A DNA stretch of 62,202 bases, the filler included, from Ionaspis alba (lineage: Eukaryota), in the NCBI GenBank assembly GCA_964255285.1. It is 2 parts of 2 records of this genome, joined end to end, with 100 filler letters (N's around TTAATTAATTAA, not from the genome) between each part and the next. Parts side by side here need not be neighbours in the genome. Positions count along the whole stretch, not along the records: positions 1 to 31,056 come from CAXUUL010000112.1; 1 more part is not named here. The stretch is one strand, 5' to 3'. Under the pieces are notes generated by a model. It was not told the DNA's origin. It ran no database searches and saw only the letters and a program-made list of their open reading frames with translations. This document shows positions 1 through 13,326 of this stretch, piece after piece. Every line of letters begins with the position of its first letter. Within the stretch, counting starts at the first letter, position 1. Made by a program: the position numbers and the translations under genes.

Positions 1-390
1 CCCCGGACGACGACCTTCACTCGTTCTCTCTCGGGCTGGCAGTCTGGCCCTGGTCGCATCCCAGAATGACGCTACGTCCTTTTGGTTTGGAGCATATTTC
101 CCTATTAAACCTCTGGGCGAGCCTCCGTCACTGCTGCTGCGCTTCTCGGCCCTTGGTATAATATAATCCACAGTTTACGCCCTCACCGTCCTTCTTGTTC
201 ATCCAACACTGTCCACTGTTCTGATCACTGCCTTCCCATGGTTGCATCTTCGCCGTTACAAGTTCTGTATCCACCTTCATCTTCACCTCCACCTTCACCT
301 TCGCGCTTCCTTACACCCCAAGCTTGGCATCAGCCACTTCGATGTCGTTGTGTTTGACCGTCATTGAATCAGCCCAGTAGTCGAGTTCCA

Positions 391-3075
391 ATGTTTCGCA
401 ACAGGTGAGTCCATCAAGCCTGCCAGAGCCTATCCTCCCTGTAGTAATTGCGGTTCCTTGCGCCGTTTCCGTTCACATGCCCGAGTCGTTCCACACCAGT
501 GCAACTTGGCTAACGCGCAATCGAGCAGAAGGAATTCGCAGAAACCTTCGGACGAGCTGTACGCCTCGTTCAAGCAGACTTTCCCTGGAGTCGGTCCAGG
601 GACGGCATCATCATCGGCGGTGGCGACTGAAAGCACGACTTCGTTAAGCGATGCTCTCACCGACCCAATCATGCACAATAGGTACGACTTTCATAGTCCC
701 CCAGAGCAGGACAAATATTTGACGCGAGACAATCGTCGAGATACCCCCAAGAGCGCGTTGTCAAAACGATCATCGCGAAACTTGCGAGACTAACGTTCTG
801 AATGAACAGACAATTCGGAGAATTGAAGGATCACGACATCACGCCCCGAGGATCGCATGAGCAGCCATGGCGATTCACACCCTCGCTCCTCGATCCCAAC
901 TCCTTTTCTTTCTCCGCCTTCGCCAACCAACCACCCGGCTGTTACACACCGACACCAGGCGGCATGAATACGCTCTACCACAGTCAAGCTGGCGATCTGC
1001 ACACACCCAACATGGGATTCCACCTCGGTACGCCACTATCGATGCCTATGTCGGACGGCTTGGTACACGCCGCACCGCCCTTTGATATGCATGGATTTCA
1101 AGTCCAAAGTTTCGTGCCACAGCCATTTCAGCAGCAGGCACCGTTCCAACAGCAGCAGTCTTTCGCTCCCAGTTCTTTCGTTCATCAGGATTCAGGGTAC
1201 GAAGCCATGGAAGGATCACCAGAGGATGACCTGGATGTCAATCCGGAACATCTAGTCGAGCAGCACACTCTACCCATCCAATCGGTTGGCCTTGGCGGGA
1301 GGATGGCAGCACCGCCGGTCCCCTCCCATGAGAAGTTCGTCTATTCCCTCTGATTCCATTCGCACCGGAGACTGACCATTCCCCCAAGATTCCGTTACAC
1401 TGTTACCTTGAATGCTCCGACGGCCATGATCCGCCACGCTGAAGAAATCCCGGTGACCTACCTTAACAAAGGTCAGGCATATTCCATGACGATCGTCGAC
1501 AGCGTTCCGTTGGCACCGTCCCTGATGCCTGTTAAGTATCGCACGGTCGTTCGTATCTCCTTCGAGGATGAACAACAGCGTCTGCGTCCATCGGCTTGTT
1601 GGCAACTATGGAAGGAAGGTCGAGGGCTTGCTGAAGCACATCAGCGCGCTGGTAAGCTTCAGGCCGTCGAATATGTAGACCCTCATCCTGGAGGAGGAGA
1701 TGACAATACCCGGCGACCACGAGTAGACCTGGAGAACGCTTCGTTCGATAGCTTCTCGGTAATTTGGAGCCCCATGGCTGGCACCAACGTTGCCGATTGT
1801 TCCGTAGCTGTTCGTTTCAATTTCCTCTCGACGGACTTCAGTCACTCCAAAGGTGTCAAAGGGATTCCTGTTCGGCTGTGTGCGAAGACGGAACTCATTT
1901 CGTCCGGCACACCGGATTCGCCACCGGTACCGGAGCCCGAAGTTTGCTACTGCAAAGTCAAGCTTTTCAGAGATCACGGTGCAGAACGCAAGCTCTCCAA
2001 CGACGTTGCTCACGTCAAAAAGACAATCGAGAAAGTCAAACAGCAGATCTCACAAGTCGAATCCGGCATCAAGGACTTTGGAAAGAGGAAGAGGGGTGGG
2101 TCAATTGCGGGAAAAGCTGGGGGCGAACGACCAGGGAAGGTTCAGAAGCACAAGAGAACGTGGTCGGTATCTTCGCACAGCTCCACCGGGCGACCTGCGG
2201 TGGAAGAAGATTTGCACCAGAAGCTGGCCACCGTACAGGATATGTTCACGTCTACCCGCCCGGTCAGCGTGCTCTATCTGAAGGGCTTAGAGCAGGACGA
2301 TCCCGACCTCTTCCCTGTAGCATTGCCTGGGGAACAGCCAGATCCCACGAAGAACCAGGACCTCAGTCGAAGTGAGTCTTGGGAGCGAAGGCCGAGCGCT
2401 GAAATCACTCCGGCAAGCTCTTGTCTTGTTTCGCCCGTCCCAAGTTCGCAATCAATTCCTTCCCAACCTCGCTCGAAGGATCGACCCACCTTCCAGCAGC
2501 CAATTCCTTTCAATCCCACCCTACCGCTCGTCAATCCCGATTGGACAACCTCAACCTCCCTTCAAGGAGGAGATGTTTCGGCCGGTACGGTCCCTCGAGC
2601 CATCAAGATCCAAAAGATTGGTGATGGCAACGACCTTCCCGCCTGGATCGAAGCTCTTGGTGTCGATCCGTCCTATCAACCTCCACCCGAGCGGCTGGTG
2701 AAGCCTGTCGCTTGCTTCTACGTTCTCATCAAAGTCGGCGGAAAGGATTTGGATGGCGATTATTATCGAGCGGTTTATCTCATGGAAAAGACTCTCCACA
2801 ATCTCATCCGGAGCATTACGGCCAAATGCGAAGTCGACCCGTCCAATGTCCAACGAACGCTACGCATCAACGATAGAGGTGTCAAGATCATCGTCGATGA
2901 CGAGGTCGTTGGCGAATTTTCCGAAGGGCAAGACATGAGGGTGGAATTCGATGAAATTGACGTCTCGAGCGCTGTCAACCAAGATCGCGAATCGTTCGTC
3001 ATGGAGCATGATGCGCCACATCTCACTGCCGTGCCCTTCGATCGCAAGGTTCTAGAGATGAAGCTCTTCTTCTAG
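391..3075 (+). CDS. Grainyhead/CP2-family transcription factor (4 exons: 391-404, 529-681, 810-1334, 1389-3075)
   Basis: Spliced N-terminus MFRNRRNSQKPSDE. CP2 DNA-binding motifs PVTYLNKGQAY, VRFNFLSTDFSHSKGVKGIPVRL and CKVKLFRDHGAERK. GT-AG introns with CTAAC/CTGAC branch sites keep the frame. Confidence 0.93.
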
Positions 3076-5479
3076 ATCACGTGACTTGCTACTTGGTTGT
3101 TTTTTTATTTTTTCCTTTTTCCCTCCCTCCGTTTAGGTGTTTACGAGATACCCACTTTTGCAGGTCGATATATTCCAGACCTCTAGGTCGCTCAAGACAG
3201 CCTCGATTGAAGTCTTTGGCAAGAGAGGCGGCCGGGACAAATCTATTCTTCATTGGGTTGGTGGCTTGTCTTTTGCACATTGCGTTGAGTTTCGCTCGAG
3301 GGGTGGACTGCTAAAGACGGCTACAACCCTCGACCCCGAAATCGGCTTTCGGACCAACGAGTAGTCTTCATTTGGGGTGGGGAATCGGGCGAGCTAGTCT
3401 CTAATCTTACTTAACCTGGGTCACGATTGACTTGGGAGATGATATACGGGTCTCCGAGCAACGACATAATTTGCAAACTTTTCTTCTTTTACGGTCACGA
3501 CGCACACGATACCACTATACCCGATCCCGGACATATGCACCATTTTTTCGAATTTTACATCGCTTGGAACGGAACTCCTTGATTAACTCACTTTTGCCGT
3601 ATACGGTGTTATCCTTTTCCTTCCTGTTCCTCGGTGTTCCCTGTGATTCTGTTTGCGAGATACCCAGGGGTCAAGAAGTGGCTTGTGTTCCATTTCTTCC
3701 TCCAGCTCGACGTGGCACCATACAAATAAAGATGGGCGGTGGGGTCACTGATTCACGAGTACTGTCATTGCAAATATCGTATAGTCTCTCCCCTCACGGC
3801 GCATCGCTTGAATACGTTGAATCGGTGAATCATCATTCCCCGCCATCCACAACCACTTTCCCCGATCATTACCACCCCCCTTCCCCCAGTACTTCACACC
3901 ACGTACCACAAATCCCAAGAAGAAGAACCGATGCCTCCACTCCCCACCCCGGTGTGACCTCACGTCATTAGCAGCACCTGACCTCAACTGCTTTCCCCTG
4001 CAGCATTTCTGGTCCCTTACATCCAAGCTGCATCCACTCCGTTCGTCCAGGATCATCCCTTCTCGCTTTGCTCGCTTCGGCACCCCAAACCCGTTCTGAC
4101 CCCGCTCTCCAGCCACCCCTAGTCATGGCACTTCTGTTTCGCCTTGCGCTCGAGAGGCTTGTTCTCTGCCGCGAGCCGCCACTTTGGATCTGACTCCAAT
4201 AAAGAACCATCCTTTCTCCCCGCTTTTCTCCCTCCTCCCTCTCTCCGGGCTACCCTCTGACGACCCTGAAGATTGCAAAAAGACCTGATTTCCAATGCGA
4301 AACAGCCACTGGTAGCGGCAGGCAATGGACAGTCCAGTGCCAACCATTTAAGCTGTGGCTCTGCTTCCACCGTTCGCATCGCCCAATTTGCATTTGGGCA
4401 CCATCGTCATCGTTACGTTCGACGGTTATCGCTAGAGGTGCCCCTTACAAGTGGCGGCTTCCGAGCAGGCAAGAACGACAAGGTTTGAGCGATCGGCAGC
4501 CCGACTCGGTCGTGTGCATGTCGTGGAATTGTGGCTGTGCACCGCCACTGCCGCTTTCCCACCTGTCCCGCAAGCCCAATCAAATACTCTTCTGGCTAAC
4601 TCGAACAACTAGGAAAGATTGGTTCTGGACCTGGCAAGGAAAAGTTGCGCGATTCCATGCTCAGCCTTAGGATCTGCTGATAGGACGTGCGTCAGGATGA
4701 TGATGATGATGATGAGCTCACTGGGGTGGCGGATAAGAATAAATAGCAAGTGGCGCATGAGGCACGCGAGAGGAACCAGTCGGTCGATCATCGGTTGTTT
4801 GGGGATGAGGGATACTTTTGGAACATTTTGAAAGAGATTGGCAGAATCACCAAAGGATCGACAGCACTGATGAATTAATCAGATTTAGATATGCTTGGAT
4901 AAATGGCTTGGCTATCTCTGACATGGAAGAATGCTGCCTTGGTCCTTCGAGTTGCCAAATAGGGAACCTCAAGATCGACTGATCTGTTTCAGATCAATAT
5001 GCCTGTGTCCTGTAGGAAGATCAGAAGTGCATGGTAATTCTGATGCTGTGGTCTAATAAAGTACTCGAATAGGAACTGTAAATAGTACATGGTCGGGCTG
5101 TGCGAAGGGAATATCTCGCTATATGTTGGGGATTGTCAGCTGATTTGAATGGGAACCAGTGGGTCAGGTCACCGCAATGGCCCACTATTTCAGACGTCAA
5201 TATGGGGTGTACAGCAGCGTACTTGGAGTGATAAAAAAGCGGTGACTCTATGCGAGTATAGATATGTTACACTGTTCACACTGATCAGATAGTCTTGATA
5301 TAAATACAATAAAACTGTTCCCTGGGATTTGAATATCAGAATGTTTACAAGCTAGACCAATAGATAAGAGGTAATGTTCCATATGCTCCAAAACACATGA
5401 ACAATTTTCTGCCCAATTCTGGAGACCCGCGAGCGATAATAAAGTGTAGTAAGAATTTTGCACAATATTTGAAAATCAA

Positions 5480-5627
5480 GTCTCGTTGGCGCAATGGTTA
5501 GAATTTTCTTTCACAATAAGCGTAATACCAACAATGACTGATGCTTTTCACTCAGGTAGCGCGCCAGACTTCTATAAAATTCAGGTCTGAAATCTGGAGG
5601 CTGTGGGTTCGAGTCCCACACGAGATG
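5480..5627 (+). tRNA. tRNA-Arg-TCT: tRNA-Arg(UCU) with a 59-nt D-loop insertion (5497-5555) and a canonical 17-nt intron (5575-5591)
   Basis: Acceptor stem GTCTCGT/ACGAGAT, D-stem GCGC/GCGC, anticodon stem CCAGA/TCTGG with loop CT-TCT-A|A, T-arm GTGGG-TTCGAGT-CCCAC, discriminator G. A-box TGGCGCAATGG and B-box GGTTCGAGTCC are present. Confidence 0.92.
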
Positions 5628-6460
5628 GATGAAATTTTGCTATTCATTTTGTTCGATAAGAATATAGAATGTGTTCAAATCATTTTGACAGTTGATCGAA
5701 GGTTGTTGAACGAATGGAATGGTGACTCAAACCCTATTGAACGTGTCGAATTCCAAAGAATCAGCCGTTCTGTCTCATGGCTTAGAAAATTGTAGAAGAA
5801 TATCTAGAGCATTCATGAACATCAATAATAATGATTGATGCTGTGATAAGAACATGGAGCAGAAGTTGTCGATAACAACGTCTTGGTGTCTCCTAGTCAC
5901 CTTACTACCCACAATCGCCTCCAATGTTTGACGATAAGTCGTGGCTTTCGATCGAGATCAGATGGGAAATGATCGGCATGTGTTTCCAACGTGTTAGTTA
6001 TAAGGGGATTGGATCAACGAACAGTGGGAAGAGACGTTGGTCAGTATCGATGGCAAGGATGGGTGCATCTAAGGGGCAAGCGAATTTTTGCTCATTCTCC
6101 CACGCATAATGTGAACCTATAATTGCTTCAAACGTTTCTATCTTCAGCGATGTGAGGATGGTAGTAGACCTACCCAATCTAGGCCGAAGGTATGCTAATA
6201 TACGAAGGAGAGATCTGATTAGATTCTGGAAGGGCAATAGGCGGTGAAGTTAGGTTGTCGTTTTTATATAGCTGGGAGCGATTTGTTTCTGTATGATCAT
6301 TATATACGGTATCATAACGCGTGTATGTATCTATAGAATCAGGCCTTCCCCGGACCACCTATCCAGCTCTCCCTCTCCATCATCATTACAACATTACGTT
6401 CGATGCCATTATATATACCGAATCGAGAGAACGCCGGATTTGTGCAGTGTGAACATCACA

Positions 6461-9021
6461 TCATCGGGTAATAATCAAGGCGAGTCCTTCCACAAAGGTG
6501 CCGCAGATGCCCGAAATGCCTCCAACACTATAACCCGTGGGAGGCGTCAATGTGTGTCTATTCCTCCAGTTAGTTGCGTTGAAGTAGATACATCGTCACC
6601 GCACAATGTAGTGACATACGTGGAACCAGCAAACTCGTCACCGAAGAATCTCGAACGTCTGCCGGTACTCGTCCAAACTTGGAGACCGTTGATCACGTTG
6701 TTGGCTCGGACGAACAGACCTAATAGGATCTCACCGTTCCGTGTGTCTATGTATGAAAAGGTAAGTATGGATCAACTCTAGCCGTGACAGTGATTCTGAA
6801 GACTGACCGAACCCAAAAGTGCCTACGGTATCTGGTCCTCCCGAACTTCTCCGCCCAAATAACTGGCTTGTCGAATTCTCGAAAAAGAACTCCATGCCAG
6901 TCACTGCAGGCTCATAGTACACCTTGACGGTTAGTAGAACGGTCTTCAGATCCACGGCACTGCGAAGTATCATGTCCTCCGGATCGTTTCCCGCGGCAAC
7001 AGACGTACCGATTTGATTTCCACGGAAGCCTATACGTCCTTTCTCCATTTTGATTACACCCTTGGACAACGACTGTCTTGAGTCGGAGACGGTGCAGCGC
7101 TCGCCCGCGATAGAGTATATCTCGAGACGAAGAGGCTTCTTCCTGTGTTCCTGAGGCAACCACTTCCGTAGTTCACCTTCGCTCAACAGCAACTCCCTTG
7201 GTGGACCATCCGAGGTATCGGGACCAGGCCTCCAGTACTCGATCCATCCCTGGCAATACCCGCATCCATGAGGGTGGAGCTCGATCAACGCAATACCCGA
7301 AACGGCGGATACGAAAAATCGCTCTTTGTCGATGGGCCAAACGTGGGCCATCCCCTCCTCGGTACAGTGTCGCCGCTCGAAAGGCATTCTGAAGCACGGA
7401 TGGAAGTTGAATCGAAGAGCATCCAACCGGTGGAGCTTGATCTCATCCGACATTGTTACGAGTCTAGAGCGCTCTCCTGTGCGTACTGAGGAGGCGTCGT
7501 GGATGAGGAATGTGCGGTTGAGATGGCAGTACTGCTGGGGAAGACAGCCAAAAAGACGTGCGATTTCCTGCAGATGAGCACCCATACTCGCACTAGCGGC
7601 CTCCCAGTTTGACGGGGATTCGTTGCGGTAGTTGGCGACAAAATTAGTGTCAGTCCTCGTGCAGTCAGTAAATGCCGAAACCACCTCTTCGATGCAACTG
7701 GGGTAGCACTGCAAATTCTGAGAGCCGAAGATCGCCAGGTGAAGACCGCCGCGTGTACCGTTATCGGCAGCATAGGCAGTGATGGCATTAGATTTCTTGT
7801 CCCAATGAGTATCAAGAAAGAGCGCCGATACATGCTGAGTCTGTCCGGGAAGTGCTTTGAGATGGTGGCTGATTGTGTCTGCCGCAATACCAAAGAGTTC
7901 TCCTCCTGTTGGGTGGACGGTCCCCTCCTGCTGCGATCTGCTCATTTCCCTCAGTTCAGCGACAGTCCTCTCGACGCGCAAAACATGCACTTTGGCCTCG
8001 CTTCTCATTTGCATTCGACCGTGTTGCCTGTCGCGAACCGTAATCGTCCCTGGCTGCCAATCTTCTTCGTATCGAAAACACCTTCTGTACAGTCCGTGGC
8101 GATGCATCTGCTCTGCAATAAAAGCTTGCCAAAGGTAAGCGGCCATGCGATACTTCTGTATTGCAACGTCCAAGCCATTGCCCTCGCGCGCAATCCTTTC
8201 CGGGACAGCATCGAAAGTTCCCGGCGAATCTTTGCCAAGGAGTAGAACGAGGTGCAGTGGCGGGACATCAGTCATCGGAATGAAGGTGGTCTTCACCGTC
8301 AATCGGCGATAGTCAGGAGGGCAACCACGTGGAATCTTGCCCGAGTGGAAGTCCAGGTGGACCTCATTCCATCCAGGGGATAAGAGAACCAATGCCTTGA
8401 ATTGAGATTCGACGACCGGCCATTGGACCGGTGGGAAGTTGTCGAGGTAGTGTGTAACAGTTACTGTCCCGTTCAGTAGGTGCTGCTTCGCATCTCCAAT
8501 CTCTCCACGAACAAGGAGCATGTTTTGGTGAACCTGGGCAGCGTTTGAGCTTGACACGTCCCAGTGCTGTACACAGAGAGCTAGTTTCTTACCATTCTAG
8601 GAAGCTGATGGCCAGGGATCTGAGGTGCATAAGGGAGTACGGAGGGCGCCGCAGAGGTCGACTTCGTGGTCGCAGTCACAGAAGGCGCCTGTTCACCACC
8701 TTCGTCAGACCCATCATAAATATGCAGAGATTGAACAACATCCTCGGACTTGCTTACCACCATGCTGTATCTATTGCTGTCTGGAATTGTTGGAGGTTCG
8801 TGTGGTTGAGGTTGTGGCACGCTTTCGGTCGTTTCAGGTGGTGGAAGGTTGAGGTTCAGCAAAGACGGTTGAATGGAAGATGCAGGTGTCGAGGCATCGT
8901 ATGGAGATTCAAGGGTCGGCGAAGATTTTGTTGTGGGCACAGAGCCGTCAGAGTCGTGAGGTGAAGTCTTGGAGTCAATGCTGACTCTAGAAAACCTCCT
9001 GATGTTCTTGAGGAAGGGCAT
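6461..9021 (-). CDS. YIL108W-like putative zinc metallopeptidase with C-terminal jacalin-like lectin domain; catalytic motif degenerate
   Basis: ORFs 8581-9021 and 6731-8557 join across an intron. Family motifs PPLHLVLLLGKDSPGTFDAVPER, YRMAAYLWQAFIAEQM and LHRLDALRFNFHPCFR. Final exon ends ...GLALIITR* at 6461. Confidence 0.85.
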
Positions 9022-10462
9022 GATGACGGATCAAAGGTAAAGACCTTTTCCGCATGCAAGACTGTCTCAGGAAAGCAGATCAATGGGGCGGCAATGGTAG
9101 CACATGAGGAGAGCAAGCGCCGGTCAACAATCTGGATGGTCTATACAAAGTCTTGGTCTCGCTGAAGCGTGGTGTGGCAGGGACCGGGGTTCACGATCGA
9201 GCGTGCTACGTGCATGGTTTCCCTAAAAGAGGTTGTCCAAGATCTGAAGCGACAGCGATACCCAATCTGGGCGATGAAGAACGAATGACTGACGATTGAA
9301 ATATCTGGGCGATTGTTCGGCCCGGACAATGGGTGAGGCGGAGGAAAGAGGAGTTCCTCACGGAGTGTGGTTGGACCGTTGAATGACTTTATCGGACAAA
9401 TCAAGCTTTTTTCCCAATGCAGCAAACTCCGATAAGTCCATCACTACCACTGTTTCTACTGGTATGACTGGAGTCCGATCTTTCCCACCTGTTCCCAGTT
9501 ACTATGGCTACATAGGGCAGTGCTTGCAATTCCCCCATCTTTGCATTGGCTGTTCGAACGTCTCTACCATGTTTACACGAGATACATAAGACGTCGACAC
9601 AAACATTTGCATACATTCGTGATGCCGGCAGAATCCGCGCAAGCGGGGAAAGACCACGGGCGGTCTCTTGGGTACTGTTACTTGAACTTAGGGGATGACT
9701 CTCCTACCTTAGGTGGCATGGCAATCAATCCGCTACTGTTCGTCCTGTCAATCGAAAATCAATTACATTACGGGGATATGCAAAGATGATGCAACAACTC
9801 GCGGCCAGCAAGCAGTGCAAAGTACCGATGCCGTCAGTGGCTGTCTTGCGGCTCCCTCTCATGCTTTCGAAGGACAATTTGCGACTTGTAGTGGAGCAAC
9901 TCGAGCCCTCGAGCTCTCGAGCTATCTCGACGTTGAGTTTGCCGCCATCTTCTCGAGGTCGAACATTCGAGCATTGTCTTTTCAAGAAAAGCAGCCAGAG
10001 TGTGCAACGTAATACCCATTATCAAATGCCGAACGAAACGCCGAATGAAACGTAGGATACAAGAGGTCGTCGATATCTTCCGGACGGTTATGACGGCACC
10101 TCTGACACAACGCAGCGGCTTCGGCGTTGCGGCAGGCAGCTTTTACTAATGGCACTCCAATTTTTAATCCACCAAACATCAAAATTAACTTTACTTGATC
10201 TTCGCAAAGCACACTTCTGCAAAATGGGTTGCCAGAGAATCATCTGTCGTCGTCAAGTTGAGGCTCGAGAAGAAGGAAAAAGGCATTGTATGTCACACGA
10301 GCTTTCAACCATTGGCGCCATAGCATCGATTCAGTGCATTGATCTGATTGTATAGGCAAGTCAACGGCATTGAACTTTTCAACGGGCCGGTAGAGCAGAG
10401 CCAGTGGGACCATACCCTACAAATCAAAGAGCGGTTCCGCCAAAGCAGTATTGAACAAAAGC

Positions 10463-11954
10463 ATGGTGGAGAAGGACTTGGAGAACGCAAGCGGTTCTTC
10501 TGCTTCCAGATTTACAGAGGCTCTTCCTACCTTCCCCCCCTCTCCTCATGGGGAGGACTTGGAAAAAGAGGCCATCGCCCCGAGAACTTCGAACGCTCTC
10601 CGGGATGTCGTCAGCCGCACCATTTCACACACCTCTACTGCGGATCCAGGACCTCCACCAGACGGTGGTCGAGGAGCTTGGACACAAGCATTCGTAGGAC
10701 ATATCATTGTTTTAAATACTTGGGGCTATATCAATTCCTTTGGGGTGTTCCAGACATACTATGTCGCTGCCCTCAACCACCCTCCTTCAGACATCTCCTG
10801 GGTTGGTTCCGTGCAGATTTTCCTCCTCTTCTTCGTCGGAACCTTCTCTGGCCGACTGACTGACGCTGGATACTTCAAAGCTTTACTCATTGCGGGGACG
10901 ATATTCTACCTCCTGGGTGTCTTCATGGCGTCACTGGCAACCCAATACTGGCAGCTCTTTCTGGCACAAGGTATATGCACGGGATTGGGCAACGGTTTAC
11001 TTTTCTGTCCTGCTATCTCCGTACTGTCCACTTACTTTACCAAGAAGAGAGCTCTTGCCATCGCAATTGCCGCATCTGGCACTGCGTCGGGCGGGACCAT
11101 GTATCCAGCGATAGTGGAGTGCCTTCTACCCAGGATCGGTTTCCCATGGACTATACGAGTCCTTGGCTTTGTGATGGCCGCCTTCCAGGCAATTGCGATA
11201 CTTCTTGCAAGGACTCGATTGCCGCCTCGGACGACAGGCCCACTTGTGGAACTAGCAGCGTTTAAGGAGCTTCCCTACCTCCTATTTACCATTGGTCCGT
11301 CTCTGTAATCAAGACATTTTTGCAAGTGAGCTTACATTCTCAGGAATGTTCCTTAGTTTTTGGGGGTTGTATTTTGCTTTCTACTACGTATTTATATATC
11401 GTGAACCATCAAGAAAGTGTCTTTACTAACAAATCGAATAGATCGGGTCTTTTTCTCGCGCTTACATCCATCTCTCTCAAGCCGACTCTATTAATCTGCT
11501 TCTCATCATGAACGCAGTCGGACTGTTGGGACGAATCGCGCCCGCAATAGTTGCTGATCGGTTTTTCGGGCCGTTGAACACCATCGTCCCGTTTGTTCTC
11601 TTCTCAGGTCTCCTTCTATACTGTTGGGCAGCAGTGTCTTCTCGTGCTGGCCTGATCACGTTCGCTGTGATATATGGTCTCTTTGCTGCCGGTATACAAA
11701 GCTTGTTTCCGGCCACGCTCTCCAGTCTGACAACTGACTTGAAAAAGATGGGAGTCAGAATTGGTATGGTGTTCACTGTAATCAGCTTTGCATGCTTGAC
11801 TGGTCCGCCACTGGCTGGAGCCCTGGTTCAGAAGGACGACGGTGGCTATCTTTACGCTCAAATGTTCGCGGGTACAGTCATGACTGTCGGCTCCATCACG
11901 CTAGTTGTAGCGCGCTTGTCGCGGACGGGCTTCCATTTTAGAGTCAGAATGTGA
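10463..11954 (+). CDS. MFS monocarboxylate-porter family transporter (MCH4/MCH5-like)
   Basis: PPPDGGRGAW, TWGYINSFGVFQTYY, ISWVGSVQ, FSGRLTDAG and GRIAPAIVADRFFG; many TM segments; two introns near 11294-11343 and 11388-11441. Confidence 0.92.
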
Positions 11955-12451
11955 AGGGGTAAAATCTAAACATGGCCCACACGCCCAAAGCATTCGCAAG
12001 TGAGAGGATTGCGAGCTCAGTGTCGGAGTCTTAGTCTCTGTCAGGCGAACAGAGGGACAAGAGCTTGATGTCACATACATCTAATCTTTGCCATCGATCG
12101 TCGAGCTCTTATCAGGAAGAAAAGGATAGCCAGATGACGTATCGAGGAGCTAGATAGCGCAGCGCGGACGGGAATTACTGATTCTCGAGCCAAGAAGGTG
12201 AATAGGGTAGGGAGACATAAGTGCCGGCTCACCCATGTATAGAAAACATTGCCGATACTACCAAGGTTGACATGGGACTTTGCTTCAATATAATGGTCAC
12301 CACCGCTGTTAAATTCAGTGCAAGATCCTTCCGGATGCCTTCCTGCTAGACATCGTGATGCATTCGCCTTTAAACCCCAAAGTACGGGTGAGAGGAATAG
12401 CACAAGACATAATCCTCAAATCTGGTTCGAGACATTTGACCTATCGATTCC

Positions 12452-13152
12452 TCATACAGCGCCGTCCCTGCGCCTTTCCAGTATCTCTCTCCTTAACCTT
12501 TCAGCCGCAACTTCCACCTCAACAATCTTCCCAATGCCCTTCCGCCACCCCTCGTCCAGACCCGTCATTTCCCCGCTGACGTCCTCCTGCTCGCGCTTTC
12601 GGATGCGCATTGTCTCCTCCAACTGCTGTGTTGTCGCTACAAGCTCCTTCTCCATCCTCTTCAAAATCTCCTCCAGCTGCGAATTCCCGATGAGCCATGC
12701 ATTCCTGCCAAACTGCTCCAATAGAGCCAAATTCTGTGATCGAATGTCCAGGTGCGTCACTGAGGCGTAAGCTCTCTGGAGGGTAACGTTCCAAGCTTCG
12801 AGTAGCTTGGCTCTCTCCTCGTCAGAGACCGGTTCCGTAGCAAGCGGTGGCTCGAGAGCTTCGTACCGGGTTGTATCTATGGCGACCAATGGTTGCTTGG
12901 AGGCAATACGTTCCAGCTCGGCGGTGATGATGGGCGAGAAGATTGACGAGGGGATCTCGAGCATGAGAGGGTGCAAGTTCGTGGCGTAGTCCTTGGGGAG
13001 CTCGGCGTCTAGGAGATTGAAGATTTGAGTGCGATTCTGGGGGTGGACATCGGGGTCGATATCTGGGAGGTATCTCAGTTTGGATACACACAATCCCGAA
13101 AGTGTCAGGACTTACAGGGGAGAGAATCGTGAGGGTCTTGCATTAGTGACAT
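12452..13152 (-). CDS. SPF27: Pre-mRNA splicing factor SPF27/BCAS2 (Cwf7)
   Basis: Exon 1 MSLMQDPHDSLP|GTAAGT intron. BCAS2 motifs IDTTRYEA, NLALLEQFGRNAWL and WRKGIGKIVEVEVA. Confidence 0.88.
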
Positions 13153-13326
13153 AGCGATTTGTAGCAGGTCGAACTTGGATCACTAGAAAGGCATCGAGAA
13201 ATTCAAAATCCCGAGGACCCCGACTGCACTCCCATACAGCGAAGAAGCTCAAGATATTTCAAGTTGATTCGGACTAGACCCAGTTTCTTCGATGTCTAGT
13301 CTACATCTGAATAACTATTCTAGACC

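Noticed and set aside
3076..5400. Several 60-180 aa ORFs and a short (GAT)n repeat
   Set aside because: No recognisable domains or convincing exon chains. Likely UTR or intergenic sequence with a trivial microsatellite.
9520..10355. Short ORFs between the peptidase and MFS genes
   Set aside because: No homology or splice support; consistent with a divergent promoter region.
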